A stretch of DNA of 64,000 bases from Paraspadella gotoi (Eukaryota > Animalia > Chaetognatha): positions 30,756,091-30,820,090 of the forward strand of contig CM119264.1 of the NCBI GenBank assembly GCA_051294375.1. Direction: 5' to 3'. Position numbers and translations under genes: made by a program. Of this stretch, positions 13,576-27,152 are shown piece by piece (the stretch's first letter is position 1; each line of letters begins with the position of its first letter). The notes under the pieces are model-generated. The model saw only the letters and a list, made by a program, of their open reading frames with translations, did no database searches and was not told where the DNA came from.

Positions 13576-15089
13576 AGAGAGAGGAGAGAGAAGACGAGAG
13601 AGAGAAGATAGAGAGAGAGAGGGAGAGAGAAGAAGAGAGAGAGAGAGAGAGAGCTGACGAATTACTGGGGGGAATTGTTTTGAAAATTTTTGAGGAAAAT
13701 GAGAACAAAATGGTGTTTATCTTTTCATTCCTCCTTTTTTTTCTTCTTTCTTTTCCGTTCTTTTTCTTTCTTTCCTTATCTTTCCTTTCTTTCTTTCTTT
13801 CTTTCTTTCTTTTTTATTTTCATTTGGTCTTTTATCTTTCTTTCTTTTCTTTCTTTTTTTTTAGCCTTCACTTTTTTTTATCTCAATTCTTCTCTCGGTG
13901 GTTGAATATGTTTTGGGGTGAGACATTCCAGAGATGCCAATATCTCTCAGTCTGGTCCCGTCTCTGTGGTCTGCCTCTCTTCTCTCTCTCTCTCTCTCTC
14001 TCCTGCTCTCTCTCTCTCCTCTCTCCCTCTCTCCCTCTCTCTCTCTTCTCTCTCTTCTCTCTCTCCTCTCTCTCCTCTCTCTCGTCTTTTCTCTCTCTCT
14101 CTTAAAATGCAGATGACCTTAAAGTTGTTTCTCTCGGCCTACAATAATCTCACATTCTAATCCGTGGGCGAAAAACTTTTTTTTATCAAAAATTGTTTTC
14201 CTTAATCTATATTAATTAATCTCAGGATTTAAAAAAAAATCAAGACCGATAGCTAAATTGCACTTAAGAATTAAAGAGTCAAGAAAAAGGTTCATTATTC
14301 TTCAGGATATTTGACGCCAAAGTTAAGTGATTTTTTATTCAAATTCTTCTTTTTTTTTATTCCCCAGTTTTTTTTTCTCTCTCTTCCTTTTATTCCCCAA
14401 AAGACGAAATACCTTTTTTCACTTATCCTCATTTTCTAAGAGTAAATATATGCGAAGAAGGTTAAGAAACTCGGTTCCTGTATGTGACTTCACGACAATC
14501 ATTGGTTAAGAAATCGCATTGCATGATAGCGTTGCACTACATGGAATTGCATTGTATGATATCTTTGCATTGTATTTCATTTTCACGTGCAATTCTATTG
14601 CATGATATTACATGTATTGTATTTCATTTTAGTGTATAATTGCATTGCATTGCATTTTAGCTTTTAATTTTATTACATAACAGCTTAGTATTGAATTAAA
14701 TTCTAGCTTTAGCTTTTGCAATCGCTTTGCATTGCATTTCACTGAATTGCTTCACTTCTAATCTCGGTACAACGAGATCGAACTTCATAGATTCTTTTCC
14801 GCTCTCCTTTCTCCTTTGACCCGAAATTCATCGCGACAGAATTTTCTTTCGATGGACCGAAGAGAGAAAACGACCCGAGGCCCAGATATTCCCCCCCTCA
14901 CCCCTGACCCACAAAGGGGGGGCAGGTCAGGTCAGGTCCATTCCACTCAACTGACCTCACCTTTTATGTTTACAAACTGACCCGTCTCTCTGTTTGATGT
15001 TTGGGTGGGGAATGGTATGGTAAGAGAGATGAAAGTAGCTTCGAGAATATTTGAGAAAGAGAGAGAGAGATGAAGAGCTTCGATGAAAT

Positions 15090-15195
<106 letters not shown>

Positions 15196-16769
15196 AAATA
15201 TTAGGTAGCCGTTTTTGTTCACTATTGTATAAAATGCTTGTTCAAAAATATTAGGAATATATGTATAGTCAAAGAAAATTATCATCGATGTATGACTTAA
15301 TTTCATTGTTTCAAGTATCATTGTCTCATATGTGTGGCTCAGTCCTCTCCTAATGAACAGTTACAGTTTAAACAGTTTCACTGCTTTCACGGTTTTACTG
15401 TTGAAACGGAACTAAACCGTCCTTAGGTTTCGATCTCAACTGAAATTATTATAATGGAAAAAATGCAAATGAATCCGGGAAACACAAAAGGCGCCAAAAA
15501 TGGCAGGATGAAAGAGAGAGAGAGAGAGAGANNNNNNNNNNNNNNNNNNNNNNNNNNNNNNNNNNNNNNNNNNNNNNNNNNNNNNNNNNNNNNNNNNNNN
15601 NNNNNNNNNNNNNNNNNNNNNNNNNNNNNNNNNNNNNNNNNNNNNNNNNNNNNNNNNNNNNNNNNNNNNNNNNNNNNNNNNNNNNNNNNNNNNNNNNNNN
15701 NNNNNNNNNNNNNNNNNNNNNNNNNNNNNNNNNNNNNNNNNNNNNNNAAAAAGTTTTCTTAATCGAAATTAAAGGTATTTCGTCATTCAAAATGACTTCC
15801 CCATGTGGAACTAAATGGAGCCGCCCCATTAGATGGAAAAAAGAAAAAGAATAATTTTTTGAAAAAAGATTTCGTTAATTTAATTAATTTAAATTAATTA
15901 GTTATGTAAATAATCTTTTAAAAATTTTTTAAAAAATATTTTGTTAATTTAATTAATTAATTGGCCGCAATACTTGTTCGATTGTTTAAATTTTAAAAAG
16001 GCATCTTATTTCTAAAAATATTTAAAAACGTTATTTTTAGATCACTTTTTTAAAGTAATTTGATTCTTTAATAATAAGAAGAGGGAGAAGGTCTCCAGAG
16101 AAGCCCTTTTTTACATGTGTCATAAAAAAAAGAAATTCCGGTGAATTTAAGACGGAAAAAAGAAAAAAGGAAAAAAGGGGAAAAGAGGAGAGAAAGAAAA
16201 GATAAAAGGAGAAAAGAAAGAAAAGAAAAAAGGAGAAAGAACAAGATCGGTTCATCCAATGTGTTGCGCCGCAATGACGTTATTTTCATGTGTATTTCCC
16301 TGTGATCACATGACTAAATAACATGACATGACTACATGACTACAATAACTTTCTTAGCCTATGTATTTATGACACGCACTGCATCGAAATCCCGTCTTTT
16401 GTTTTAGGATTTCCTAAATGCGGGGCTACCAGTCACTTAAATTTGAGGATTTTTTTCTTCTTAACAAATGAGCAACTAACTATAGGCGAGGGGGACAGAG
16501 CGATGGACAGACATACCGACCGGCCGATAGACCGACCGAAAAGTGACTTTTAAAGGAAAGAAAGAGAAAAGAGAAAATGTTAAAGATTTCTAACGACATC
16601 AGGCAAAATGTCGTAAAATGGAAACTAAATTCACAATTTTTTTTTCCTTCTTTTTTTTTCTTCTTTTTTTCTTTTTCTTCACCTTTTCTATTCCTTCTTT
16701 TCTCTCAGAGTTTCTTGTCACACTCAACTAATCATCGAAAAACTTTTTACGCTCACTTCCGTTAAACAC

Positions 16770-16990
16770 CATCCAACCAAAACACTTAACCAAGCAATCA
16801 CCGAAACACTTAACCAAGCTATCACCAGATCAACCAACTTTCCTTCCTTCGAAAAACCTAATCTACAAATCAACCATCCAAGCACTCATCCACCAAATCG
16901 CCAATCAAGCTACCAAGCAATCAACCAATCAAGCTACCAAGCAATCAAACAATCAAGCTACCAAGCACTCAAGCTACCAGGCACTCAACG
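16770..16990 (+). repeat. Degenerate tandem repeat of about 23 bp (aatcaagctaccaagcaatcaacc)
   Basis: aagctaccaagca recurs between 16905 and 16985, with weaker copies upstream. Confidence 0.7.
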
Positions 16991-17093
16991 TCTCACCCTT
17001 TTCTTTCTTTCCAACGACGAAGATGCTCCTTTTAATTTTTTCGATGGAAAACGTTGAAAGCAACTTCTTTCGTATGAAAATAAGATCTGTTTT

Positions 17094-17159
<66 letters not shown>

Positions 17160-17550
17160 CTCCTCTCTCTCTCTCTCCTCTCTCTTCCACATCAAAAAAA
17201 AAAGCGAAAATGAAAACTGAAAGAAAATAAGAAAAAGAAAATTTTATTAATTTTAACTTTTATACAAAAATCTACGGAAAAAGATTTTCAAACTTGGACT
17301 GATCTTCAGGGGTTGATGAACAGGTCAGCTTCTCTTAGGACAATTTGACCTCTGAACTTTGGTCCCGCTCACTGGCCTGGAACCTTTCTCATTTTGATCC
17401 CCGTGAGAAATCTCCGTTCTCATCTGCAGATGATGTTATAATGAATTATTATATCTTGTTTTAATTTCCTCACTCCGAGGGAATCATCATTCTTAATTCT
17501 TAATATTATAAATAGTATTTAAGTACTTGTATATTATATATACATATGTT

Positions 17551-17758
17551 TTAGCGGAAAAAACGAAAATTTTGTTTCTACAACGATTTGTTTTTTGATT
17601 CAGGACTTGTTTTTAATTATCAGTTTTTGAAACTGATGAAGACTTGTAAACAAAGTCGAAACATGTCCTGAATAAAAAAACAAATCGTTCTAGAAACAAA
17701 ATTTTCGTTTTTTCCGCTAATAAATTCAATCAACGAAACGAAAGGAATAATACAATAT
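17551..17758 (+). mobile_element. Penelope-like element pLTR remnant: inverted partial copy, pLTR and a tail of about 35 bp
   Basis: Inverted repeat of about 56 bp (ttagcggaaaaaacgaaaattttgtttcta... at 17551; ...tagaaacaaaattttcgttttttccgctaa ending 17720) around a hammerhead core. Unpaired tail at 17721-17758. Candidate TSD atatgttt at 17544-17551 and 17759-17766. Confidence 0.65.
17633..17667 (+). ncRNA. Minimal hammerhead ribozyme core (Penelope type)
   Basis: CTGATGA-A-GACTT[gtaaaca]AAGTC-GAAA-CATG-TC: conserved core, 5-bp stem II, palindromic mini stem III and GUC cleavage triplet. No convincing stem I in this copy. Confidence 0.7.
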
Positions 17759-19015
17759 ATATGTTTATATATATTATATATGTATATTTAATGTATAAGC
17801 CCATCTCAGATTTCAATTTAACGTTGTCTTGTCCAAAGTCCAGTATAGTTCGTTTCAAAAACAGGAGGCAAGATAGCTTTTTTATTGAATAAATAAATCA
17901 ATATAAATTTTTATATTGGTTGTACTAATTTTATTATAAATGTTATCCCTATATATTCTGAATGGCTTTCATCTCGTTTTTATATCACTTTGTGTTATAG
18001 AAGTTGCTTTCCGTCCACACTTAATTTGTCCGTAGGTTTTTAATAATTTTAATAACTTGCGATCTTATTATTTTAATTTCGTTTAATAAAGATATAAATA
18101 TGTGGTTTCTGCGATGATTTTTAATAATTTAAAAATTACCTCTGTACTAAGTTAAATAAACGTGAATTAAAAATTCATGACTTTTGTTTGCTCAAGTTTT
18201 TGTGTCTTACTTACTTCTCTCCTACCGCCCTCTCACGGTAGAGCCCGGAAACAGAATGAAACAAAAGCATTTTGGGTATCGATAATTGTGTTTTTATAAT
18301 GTAACGTAATTTAGTTATTTCATTTTGCTTTCCTTTCTTACATACACGTTTTTTGACTCTAACACGGGTCTATACAAGAATGAAAAATATGCACAATTGT
18401 CTATAGATGTCTATAGATATCTCTCCTTCCGCCTGGAAATTCTACTCACGTCTCTGATCCACTTGTATTGTATAAATTGAATTGGTTTTTGTACTTGATT
18501 ATTCGTTTTAATCTTCTGACTTATTCTGAATTATACTAAATATTGTAAATGAATACTTGAACTCATGATCAAAATTTTATAGACAAAAGATATGGTAATA
18601 TAATTAATGGTAATATAATTACTGGCAAAACAACGGAGACTGGCAAATCTATAGCGAGATCTTTTGGTTTAAGATTTTGACTGTGAGATTGTCAGAGAAT
18701 GTCACAGATTGTCTATTTCAATTTGACACTGAGAAATTCCACCGCCCATTGGGTCGTTGGTCCTGTAGTGCGTCATGTCGCTCCTGTAATTGTAAATAAA
18801 ACACGCGAATTGAACATTTTTAAAAATTATCTAACCTCTGTAGTTTGGATTTATGAATAAATCGATTTGTAGTAAAAGTATACATTTTCGTATATTATCA
18901 TTAATACAGAGAGCCTAGAGATAAAGGTATATATATCTAGTTCGTAGGCAAAAAAGGTATGTAATTTATTTAAAAAAGAGTTAAATGAACTAACAAATTA
19001 TTATTAATTAGGGTT

Positions 19016-19131
19016 ACTTTTAATTTCGCCGACCGGGGTTAGGGAGGGGTTAGGTAATAATTTTTTTTTAAATAAATATTTTTAAGTGGTTTTTTAAAAG
19101 CCGCCAAAACAGCGGTCGGCGAAAGTAAAGT
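19016..19131. mobile_element. Small MITE-like element with imperfect TIRs of about 19 bp
   Basis: acttttaatttcgccgaccg ... cggtcggcgaaagtaaagt, followed by a short (ttagtaaaat)-type tandem array. Confidence 0.5.
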
Positions 19132-20751
19132 TTAGTAAAATTAGTAAAATTAGTAAAATTAGTAAAATTTACTACAATTTTAGTAAATAACATTTACTCG
19201 TTATATTAATATTAATATTACCTAAACCTAAACTTATAGATGGCGCTTTCCTTCTTCGCTGGTTTTTCTCCTCCACAAAAAAGCCAAAGAAAAACGATTT
19301 TAAATTCGCGACGAAAGTTTTGTCCACTGACTGTGTAGAGCACGAAGTTGGTCGAGTGGTGAACTGGAAAAAAGATTCGGGGATTGGGTCATGTTGGGTC
19401 AATTTAAGGTGACAGCAATATTGAGCTTGCTTACTTTTCATGTTAATAGGAAATCGGATACAGAAGATTCGGAATTCCAAATTGAAATCTTTTGTTTTCA
19501 GGTCAAAGTTTTAATGAACGGTGACGAGCGGGGAAAAGTGAAATCAAAAAGGCAAACAAAAGGCAAAAGAATACACTCAATATATATAATTAGTGTATCA
19601 AGATGAATTCAGATTTTTAAAAACTTTCACACAAGTGATCACACACATATATACTTTATTTAAAACCCTTTTTATTCGATTTGAAATTTCTCAACATGAG
19701 AGATCCCGGTCGATTTTATCTGGCTCCTAAATTATGCAAATTAGCTTACGATCGAATTTGTCAGATAACGATGAACGCTCTTTATTCGTGTAATTTTAAA
19801 CGTTTTTATTATTGTATATATAATCAATTATTGAAATATTATAGTTTTTAGAATATATATTATTTATATAAATATAAATAGTTTATAGTATCTTATACTA
19901 ATATAAATAAGACAAATAGCAATTAAATGAGAGCTTGAACGATTTTTTTTCTTACCAAAATGAGGAATTCAAAGAGTATTTTTACATAAAAATAAATATT
20001 AACTATTTTGCTTGCTTAAGTTCCTTAATACATTATAACTATAATATAAAATAGTATTATAAATTGATATATTCATCTCGTTTAAGTAACCATTATACGT
20101 GCTTTAATAATAGTTAAATATGGAAAACTTGAATAACAAAGATTAAAATAACCAATAAAAGTTAAAATTTAAAAAAAAATTAATAATCTAATAATAATAT
20201 TATCAAAAATATAACATAATATTATTTATAATAATTTAATAATTTAATAATAATAATTAAATAAAAAAATTATTTAAAATATTACTGCACAAGAAAGAAT
20301 TTAAATTATTTAAAATTATTAATGAATATTTTTCTATATTTTTTAAAGTAATTTTTAGTCAACTATTCTTAACAGGAAAATTTTGTTTCTATTCTTTCGG
20401 TTCGTTACGTAAAGAGTATTAAAAAAGAAAATTTTGTTTTCAGAAACAAAACAAAAACAGGAAATTTTAAATTTTTAGAACACAAGCTTGGAAAGCAGGC
20501 CAATTTTAGTGGTATAGTCTAATCTTCATCATATACTCATATAAATAACAGAATCTTTTATATAAAACTGATAATCATAATATTTGAAAAATTATTTTTC
20601 TCTTCAACGAAACAAAGATTAAATAAAATTCTAAAAGTTAAAGCTAAAAACGAAAGCTAATGTCATATTATTGATAAATTCTTAGTTTAATACATATAGA
20701 TAAGTGAAAAGGATCCATTCAATCATCAGAATCAATGATTTAAGTAATATT

Positions 20752-21010
20752 TGTGGCAGTATATTCACACCGCCTCACATCCACCATCCGTCAGCCAAAT
20801 CCATATGGCTCACGAGGGGGAACATACCATCCCAGGCGTAGTGTTGTCCATCCACAGTCCTAACGACTTCCCTCTGTGTCGGCAAAGCGAGACCCGTCCT
20901 AGGGTAACCGCGCCAGTGACTGGAGGCGTTCACCTGAGGTCGGAAGCCCATAAAGCCAAAAGTGAGATGCCCATCCAATGGGCATCACAGGCAACCCGGC
21001 TGTTGCCATA
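20752..21010. mobile_element. Solo LTR (259 bp) with 5-bp TSD ATATT
   Basis: GC-richer island starting TGTGGCAG and ending TTGCCATA (imperfect terminal inverted repeat, CA>TA). ATATT at 20747-20751 and 21011-21015. Confidence 0.8.
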
Positions 21011-22074
21011 ATATTATTGTTTGAATGATCAGAAAGAAAATTAAATACGATCCTAATAAATATACTAAATTTATAATAGCAAATACATAGATTGGACGAG
21101 TTGGATCCTTTTTGTGATTGACGGCAACATGAACCCGGGACTCATTTTTTGATATGTATAAAATAACTGTGTCTCTATTAATTTGTTTAATTTCTAATCA
21201 TAATCAAAACTACTTTCATTTATAAAGAAACTGAGAACTTTTGAGAGGGAAACTTATACTTCCCAAGATTTTAAGAATTGCTTTGTTTTTTTTAAATTTT
21301 TTAAATCAAAACATGTCATATTATAAAATTAATCGAAATAGAATGCTTGTTAATTCTTTCAATCACCATTGAAAAGTGAGTAAACAAATTGAGGCGGACA
21401 TTGGTGATCCGACTAAAAGTATAAGTAACCTTACCTGAATTTTTTTTTTCAATTGCTATTTATTGATTTGATGATCAATGTGAGTTGATCGATGTTATTT
21501 TATTTTCATTCAGTCAGTTAAAATAGGCGCGTTTAATTAGTGAAAAGATTCACTTCAGTTTTCACGGCCTATTTTCGCGATGCAACGCATTTTTCTTCAA
21601 AAATTTTAAAACTTCATAAAATTTTTCGCAATTTTCTATTTTGTTCCTCAGTCGCGCGCGCGTCCTACGTTCGTTTTTCCAACGTCCAACATTTTTGCAT
21701 CATCCTACCGGATTACCGCACCAAAGCTCATCGATTTGTAATTTGTTTTAATTTGAATTCGATACTAACCCTAATCGATTTATTCTTTTTATTTTTTGAA
21801 AATTTAAAAATTAGCTCTAGTTAAAATAAACTTTCATTAAAACTTAACCTACGGTAATGTAAAAAAACCGTCTCGCTCAACGCGTTTTTCATTTTACCGC
21901 CCGCGCCGTATTTAAACAATTTTCATCAGAGGAATTTGCATAGCTCTAATTCTATAAAAACGATTACAAACACAAATTTTCTTTCGGATTTTTCCCTCGA
22001 TTAAAAAGATGAAAAATTTTTGATCTATTCTGTATCGGCGGCAGACATTCAGTATTTTTTAACAGCCATTTTTA

Positions 22075-23340
22075 GCCAACAGTTCTACACACACTCATGG
22101 AATCACCTGGTTGGACATGGAAGGCCCCTGCTGGAGCGTGAGGACGCCGCGCTTCGACCTTCACTTCTTGCCCGGAGACCTCAAGCGACGTCCTTATGGA
22201 GGAACGCCACCTCCAGTCATCCTGGCTAATCACCATCTCCATCCGCACCCGCCGGTGTTCATCAGCGCCACCATCACCAGTAGGCAGTTCGAACACCCGC
22301 GCATTTCAGACACCGGCTGCGGCGACCCGGCCACAGACAAGGCCCAAGTCCTGGCCACACCCCTCGTCGGAGCACCAAATGTCCCGGATCAAGTGCGAAC
22401 CGCACAAGGGTCCATCAAATGGGTTATGTCGTCGTTCAGCCAACCGGATCAATGAGGTGGAATCAAAACAAAGGGCAGAGTAAATGAAAGCATCATAAGC
22501 TCTATCCAACACCTCACAGAGAAAATCAAAAGCTAGTGAGCTCAGCGGCACACTCAGGAAGCACCAAGGCCGACAGTACCATCGGCCAACGTTGCTGCCT
22601 AAATATGCAGGTCAAGCTATCCAGGATGACGTCAGCGCGAATGGGAGCCCTCCCTCACTGCAAAACCCCGATGGAATCTGGAGACGCAAGCCACCAGCCC
22701 GTTCGAGAGACGCCAAAGTTGCCACCATTTCGATGTCAGGAACATTCCGAGCCTGCGCTTGCATGCAAAGTCGAGGCGGGAGTTTTTCCGCCTCGCTCAG
22801 TCATGACGAACAATCCTCAAAAAAGCTGTACCTTCTCAGTGCGATTCCGCAGGAGCTCAGGTACTGATCAATGGTTTTAATACCATCGGATCACTGTGTG
22901 CCGGCTTTGTTACCAAACTCTGAAAAAAAGTACAGCTTAACGATGTTGTTTGCCGGAAAAGCCCCGGCCAAAAGGCGCAAAGGCTCCATAGGACTCACTC
23001 CCTCCAAGGACGCACTCTCGCAGTTTGTGCCGGCACTGCGTGCAGCAGGTAGAATCCACTCAAGGATCGACCACAATCCTCAACGCGATCCTTGCCGAGG
23101 TCCCTCCCCGGCCGCATGTGGCTGGAAGGGTAGTTAGTGACAGGGGACGAGACGCCGGAGGCGATCGCCAAATAATGACCGACGCATTTTTATTCCGCCA
23201 AGGCGATCTTCAGATCGTCTCAAAACCAGTTGGAAAAGGTCTTCAATTACGTCGACATACTGCACTCCAACAGATGGGGCATTCTTTTGAGGACGACCTA
23301 TCGGACTCGAAGAAAGAGCGAGATGAGGAAGGGTTTAGAT
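22075..23340. other. GC-rich complex island, probably decayed coding or TE sequence, unassigned
   Basis: Sharp GC increase, no microsatellites, many overlapping short ORFs, no domain recognised. Confidence 0.35.
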
Positions 23341-26300
23341 GAAAAGAGACCGAAGGTAAGTCGCCTCAATTATGAATTAAAACAATATGATTAATATGGA
23401 TACATTATTAATTGTTAACAACAACGAACTGAAGGCTAACAATTAGTTGGAAATTCCGTTTTTATGTATAAAACATTTATGTCGTTTATTGTTACACCAT
23501 TAAAAATTTATTATTTCGTCTCTAATATTCAAACAACAAAATGTAAATTACAATAAATACAAGGCTAAAAACAAAAAAAATCTGAGATAATTTTTAATAT
23601 GAAAAAAAAGGTTGACTATGGATGCTCAAACCTTATTCTCCTTAAATTATTGGCCTATTTAATACCGTTTTAAAAGAAACTATAGTACAGAGGAAAAATG
23701 GCTTTTATAAATAATAATAGTTTAAGAAGAGGAAGGGGATAAAATTGTAATCAGAATATATCCGTTTAAAACATTTTATGTTTTTGTATAAATATTGTCA
23801 TTGTTAAAAAAATTTCGTCTTTTATTAATATTAATTACTATTTATTGTTATTTTATCATTTGACTACATAAGATCATATTTTATATTAATTTTCTCTTAA
23901 ATATATGTTCAGACTGAATTCAGTACAGCTAAACAAAAATAGGCGATTAATTCTAAAATATTTTCCTATAACAAACAGAAAAACTATTAATAAAATCACA
24001 ACATGCAAGCTTACTAAACTAACTCATAAAATTATTAAGCATTATGAAATTATTAATAAAAAACTAGTAAAATATTATTAAATAATACATATGTTATTAA
24101 AAAAAACTTAACTCATTCGTCAGATTTTTATGAAAAATTTCGCGAATATTCCGCAGTTCGCTAGTATCTTTTTGATCTTTTTGACGGTTGACCGTCTTTT
24201 AACATAAAAAGATACGAAATGATCGTATTCGATCTCGGGATCTCTATTTCGATTGCATTAACTTAAATATTTTATAACGAAAAATTATTATTTTACACGT
24301 CGTGTTATTAGTGTGCAAACGTTTTTTATGAACTCGATGTCTGTATATTACTAACTTTTGGGATGTAATATAATAAGTTATTTTTTGAGGAAGAAAATTT
24401 AAAAAAAAGATAAAAATTTAAAGATTTATATTAGAGAATAGTTTATTTAAAAATGAGGTTAACGATCATTTTTCTAAATATTTATAAATGAAGAAAGAGT
24501 AAAAAAATATAGAAAAGATTGAAAAAAACATTTTATAGTAACTTCATCAAATCATTTTTATCACTATTTTTAGCCCTTTGATATGAATATATTTTTCAAA
24601 AGTACGGAGAAGTATTAGTATTAGTATTATTAGTATCATTATTTTGTATTAGCATTATTATTAGTATTTTTATTTTGTATTAGCATTGCGTCGCCAAGCA
24701 GCAGAACGGCTCGACGTCCGACGGGAAAGAATTTCGACATCCGAGTCTCAATTTCCCGATTTAGCGACGAAACGTCGCGACGACGATTATGAAGACGAAG
24801 AAGAATTCGTGATATCTGGATTATTTTTTTAAATGTGGAGAATTTTAAGAGTCAGGGGCAGTTGCCTCCGACGTCTTACGGAATTAGGACCGTTTGTTTA
24901 TATATGTTTTAACTAGAATTTTATTGTTTTATTCTCTTTTGTTTAAAAACAAATTGAACCGCATTTAACTCCTCGATCGTCGCCATTTTGAAACTCTGTC
25001 AGAAAGTGAGGCAACTCAAACATATTTGTATCACGAGTCATTAAAAAAATGTAAAAAATTGATAAAAAAAATGATATAATATTAATATAATAAATAATAA
25101 ATTAACCATCGAATAAAATTTTTAAAAATAATACCTTGAGAAATTAGCAGCGTCGCCCAAAATAAGTTGATTTGATCGATGGAGAGAAATTGAATTTGTG
25201 GCATCGTGATGAGTTCGATGATTGCTGGAGAAGAAAAGTGATGTAGAAAGGAATTGAATTATACATCAATTGATGACAGGAAACGAATTAATGTCGTTGT
25301 CGAATCAAAGAGAGAGAGGGAGAGTGAGGGAGAGAGAGAGAGAGGAAATGAGAGAGAGAGAAAAAAAAAGATAAAATAGACGAGATAGAGAGAGAGTGAG
25401 AGCCAGAGAGGTCTAACCAATTTCCATTGTCGTCCGAGAATGAAGTGCGTCTGATGATATCCTCCCACCCTGCCCCCCCCTGCCCCCCCCTGCCCCCTCT
25501 GCCCCCCCCCCCCAAACTGGATATGCTCTCGTCTTCATTCGCCAGATGAGAAAACCCAAAGTAGATCGAGTCATAAAATGCAGGATTTAATCTGATTAGG
25601 AAGAGAGTGAAAAAAAGGAAAGACAAAGAAAAGAAAAGAAAAGAAAAGAAAAGAAAAGAAAAAGAAAGAAATGAAAAGAAAATAAGAGAAAAGGAAAGAA
25701 AAGAGAAGATAATAAGAGAAAAAGAAAGAAAAGAAAAGAAAAGAAAAGAAAAGAAAAGAGAAGAAATGAGAAGAAAAGAGAAGAAAAGAAAAGGAAAGAA
25801 AAACAATTTACACATTTTATGTCTTTTCTTTCTTCCCTTTAGTTATCTCCTTTTCCTTTATCTCTTTCCTTATTTCCTCTTCTTTCCTTATTTCCTTCTT
25901 TTTTCGTTTTTTTCACTCACCTTTTCCTCCCCTTCTCCATCACTCTTTCCTCTCCCTATTCCTTCCTCCTATTTTTCCTCTTCGATTCCTTTATCCTCCC
26001 ACGCAATCACAATATCGTCAGCCACTCCCAATCTTTATTTTATTTCCTCCCCCACTCCTTCCCCCATTTCAAGTCCATTACATCTTTTCTCTCTTCGTTG
26101 TTCTTTTATTTCGATTCCATTTATTTCCCATCCACTTCCGCTCACCTTTTCTTTCCGTTATCGATTGAGATCAATTAAATTTTATTTTTTTTCTAATCTC
26201 ATTAGTTTTTTTTAATTTTTTTCAATAACTTTTTGTCTCATGAAATTACAACCAACATAAAAATCATCCATTCATTTTATAAATAACCTACATTGATCTA

Positions 26301-26890
26301 GCCTCCGGACTTTGTTACAGCGTTAAATTCAATTTTAAATTCACTAAACTTTTTTTCCAAAATCGCCGAATTTTCGATACTTAATCTCTGAACTACAATT
26401 TAAACCTTAATAGTTAACGCTAATCTGTTACCAAACCAGTAACTTAAATTCTAACTTAAATCTCTAACTCTAATCCATAACCCTAACTTAATTCTTTGCC
26501 TTAGTCTTAAACCCTAATATATAATATTCAACCCGAACCCCAATACTATTCCTAATCCTAATACATAATACATCCTAATACATAATACATCCTAATACAT
26601 AATACATCCTAATACATATCGCTAACATAATCTTTAACCTTTTAGTTAAACTTAAAAACTAAGTTAAATCAAAAACTATCTTATTTCAATATACCTCATA
26701 AATATACCTCAAAATTTAACTCAATTGCGAATTTGATATGAAATGAGGCGTTTTGAGAAAATAAGGCGTTTCAATTTTTCTACTTCCCCTCCCCTACTTT
26801 GTTACCGATTGATTCCACTTACCCAGAGGTAAGTTGCAGAGCAGAAAGAAGCAAGAAATTGTGATGAGGACGACCATCATGTAACGATTA

Positions 26891-27152
26891 TGGCAAGTGG
26901 CATTGGCAGAATGGCGGTTAATGAGGGCGCTGAAAAGGGAAAAGACGGTATGTGGCATGAATTGTGGCAAGTGCAATTGGAAGAATGGCGGTCAATGAGG
27001 GCACTGAAAAGGGGAAAGATGGTATGTGGCATAAATTGTGGCAAGTGGCAATAGCAGAATGGCGGTGAATGAGGACACTGAAAAGGGGAAAGACGGCATG
27101 TGGCATAAATTGTGGCAAGTGGCAATGGCAGAATGGCGGTGAATGAGGGCAC
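26891..27152 (+). repeat. 74-bp minisatellite, about 3.5 copies
   Basis: tggcaagtg starts at 26891, 26965, 27039 and 27113 (exact 74-bp period). Confidence 0.92.

Noticed and set aside
26400-26620. Telomere-like CCCTAA/CCTAA motifs
   Set aside because: Highly degenerate and interstitial, with no regular array.
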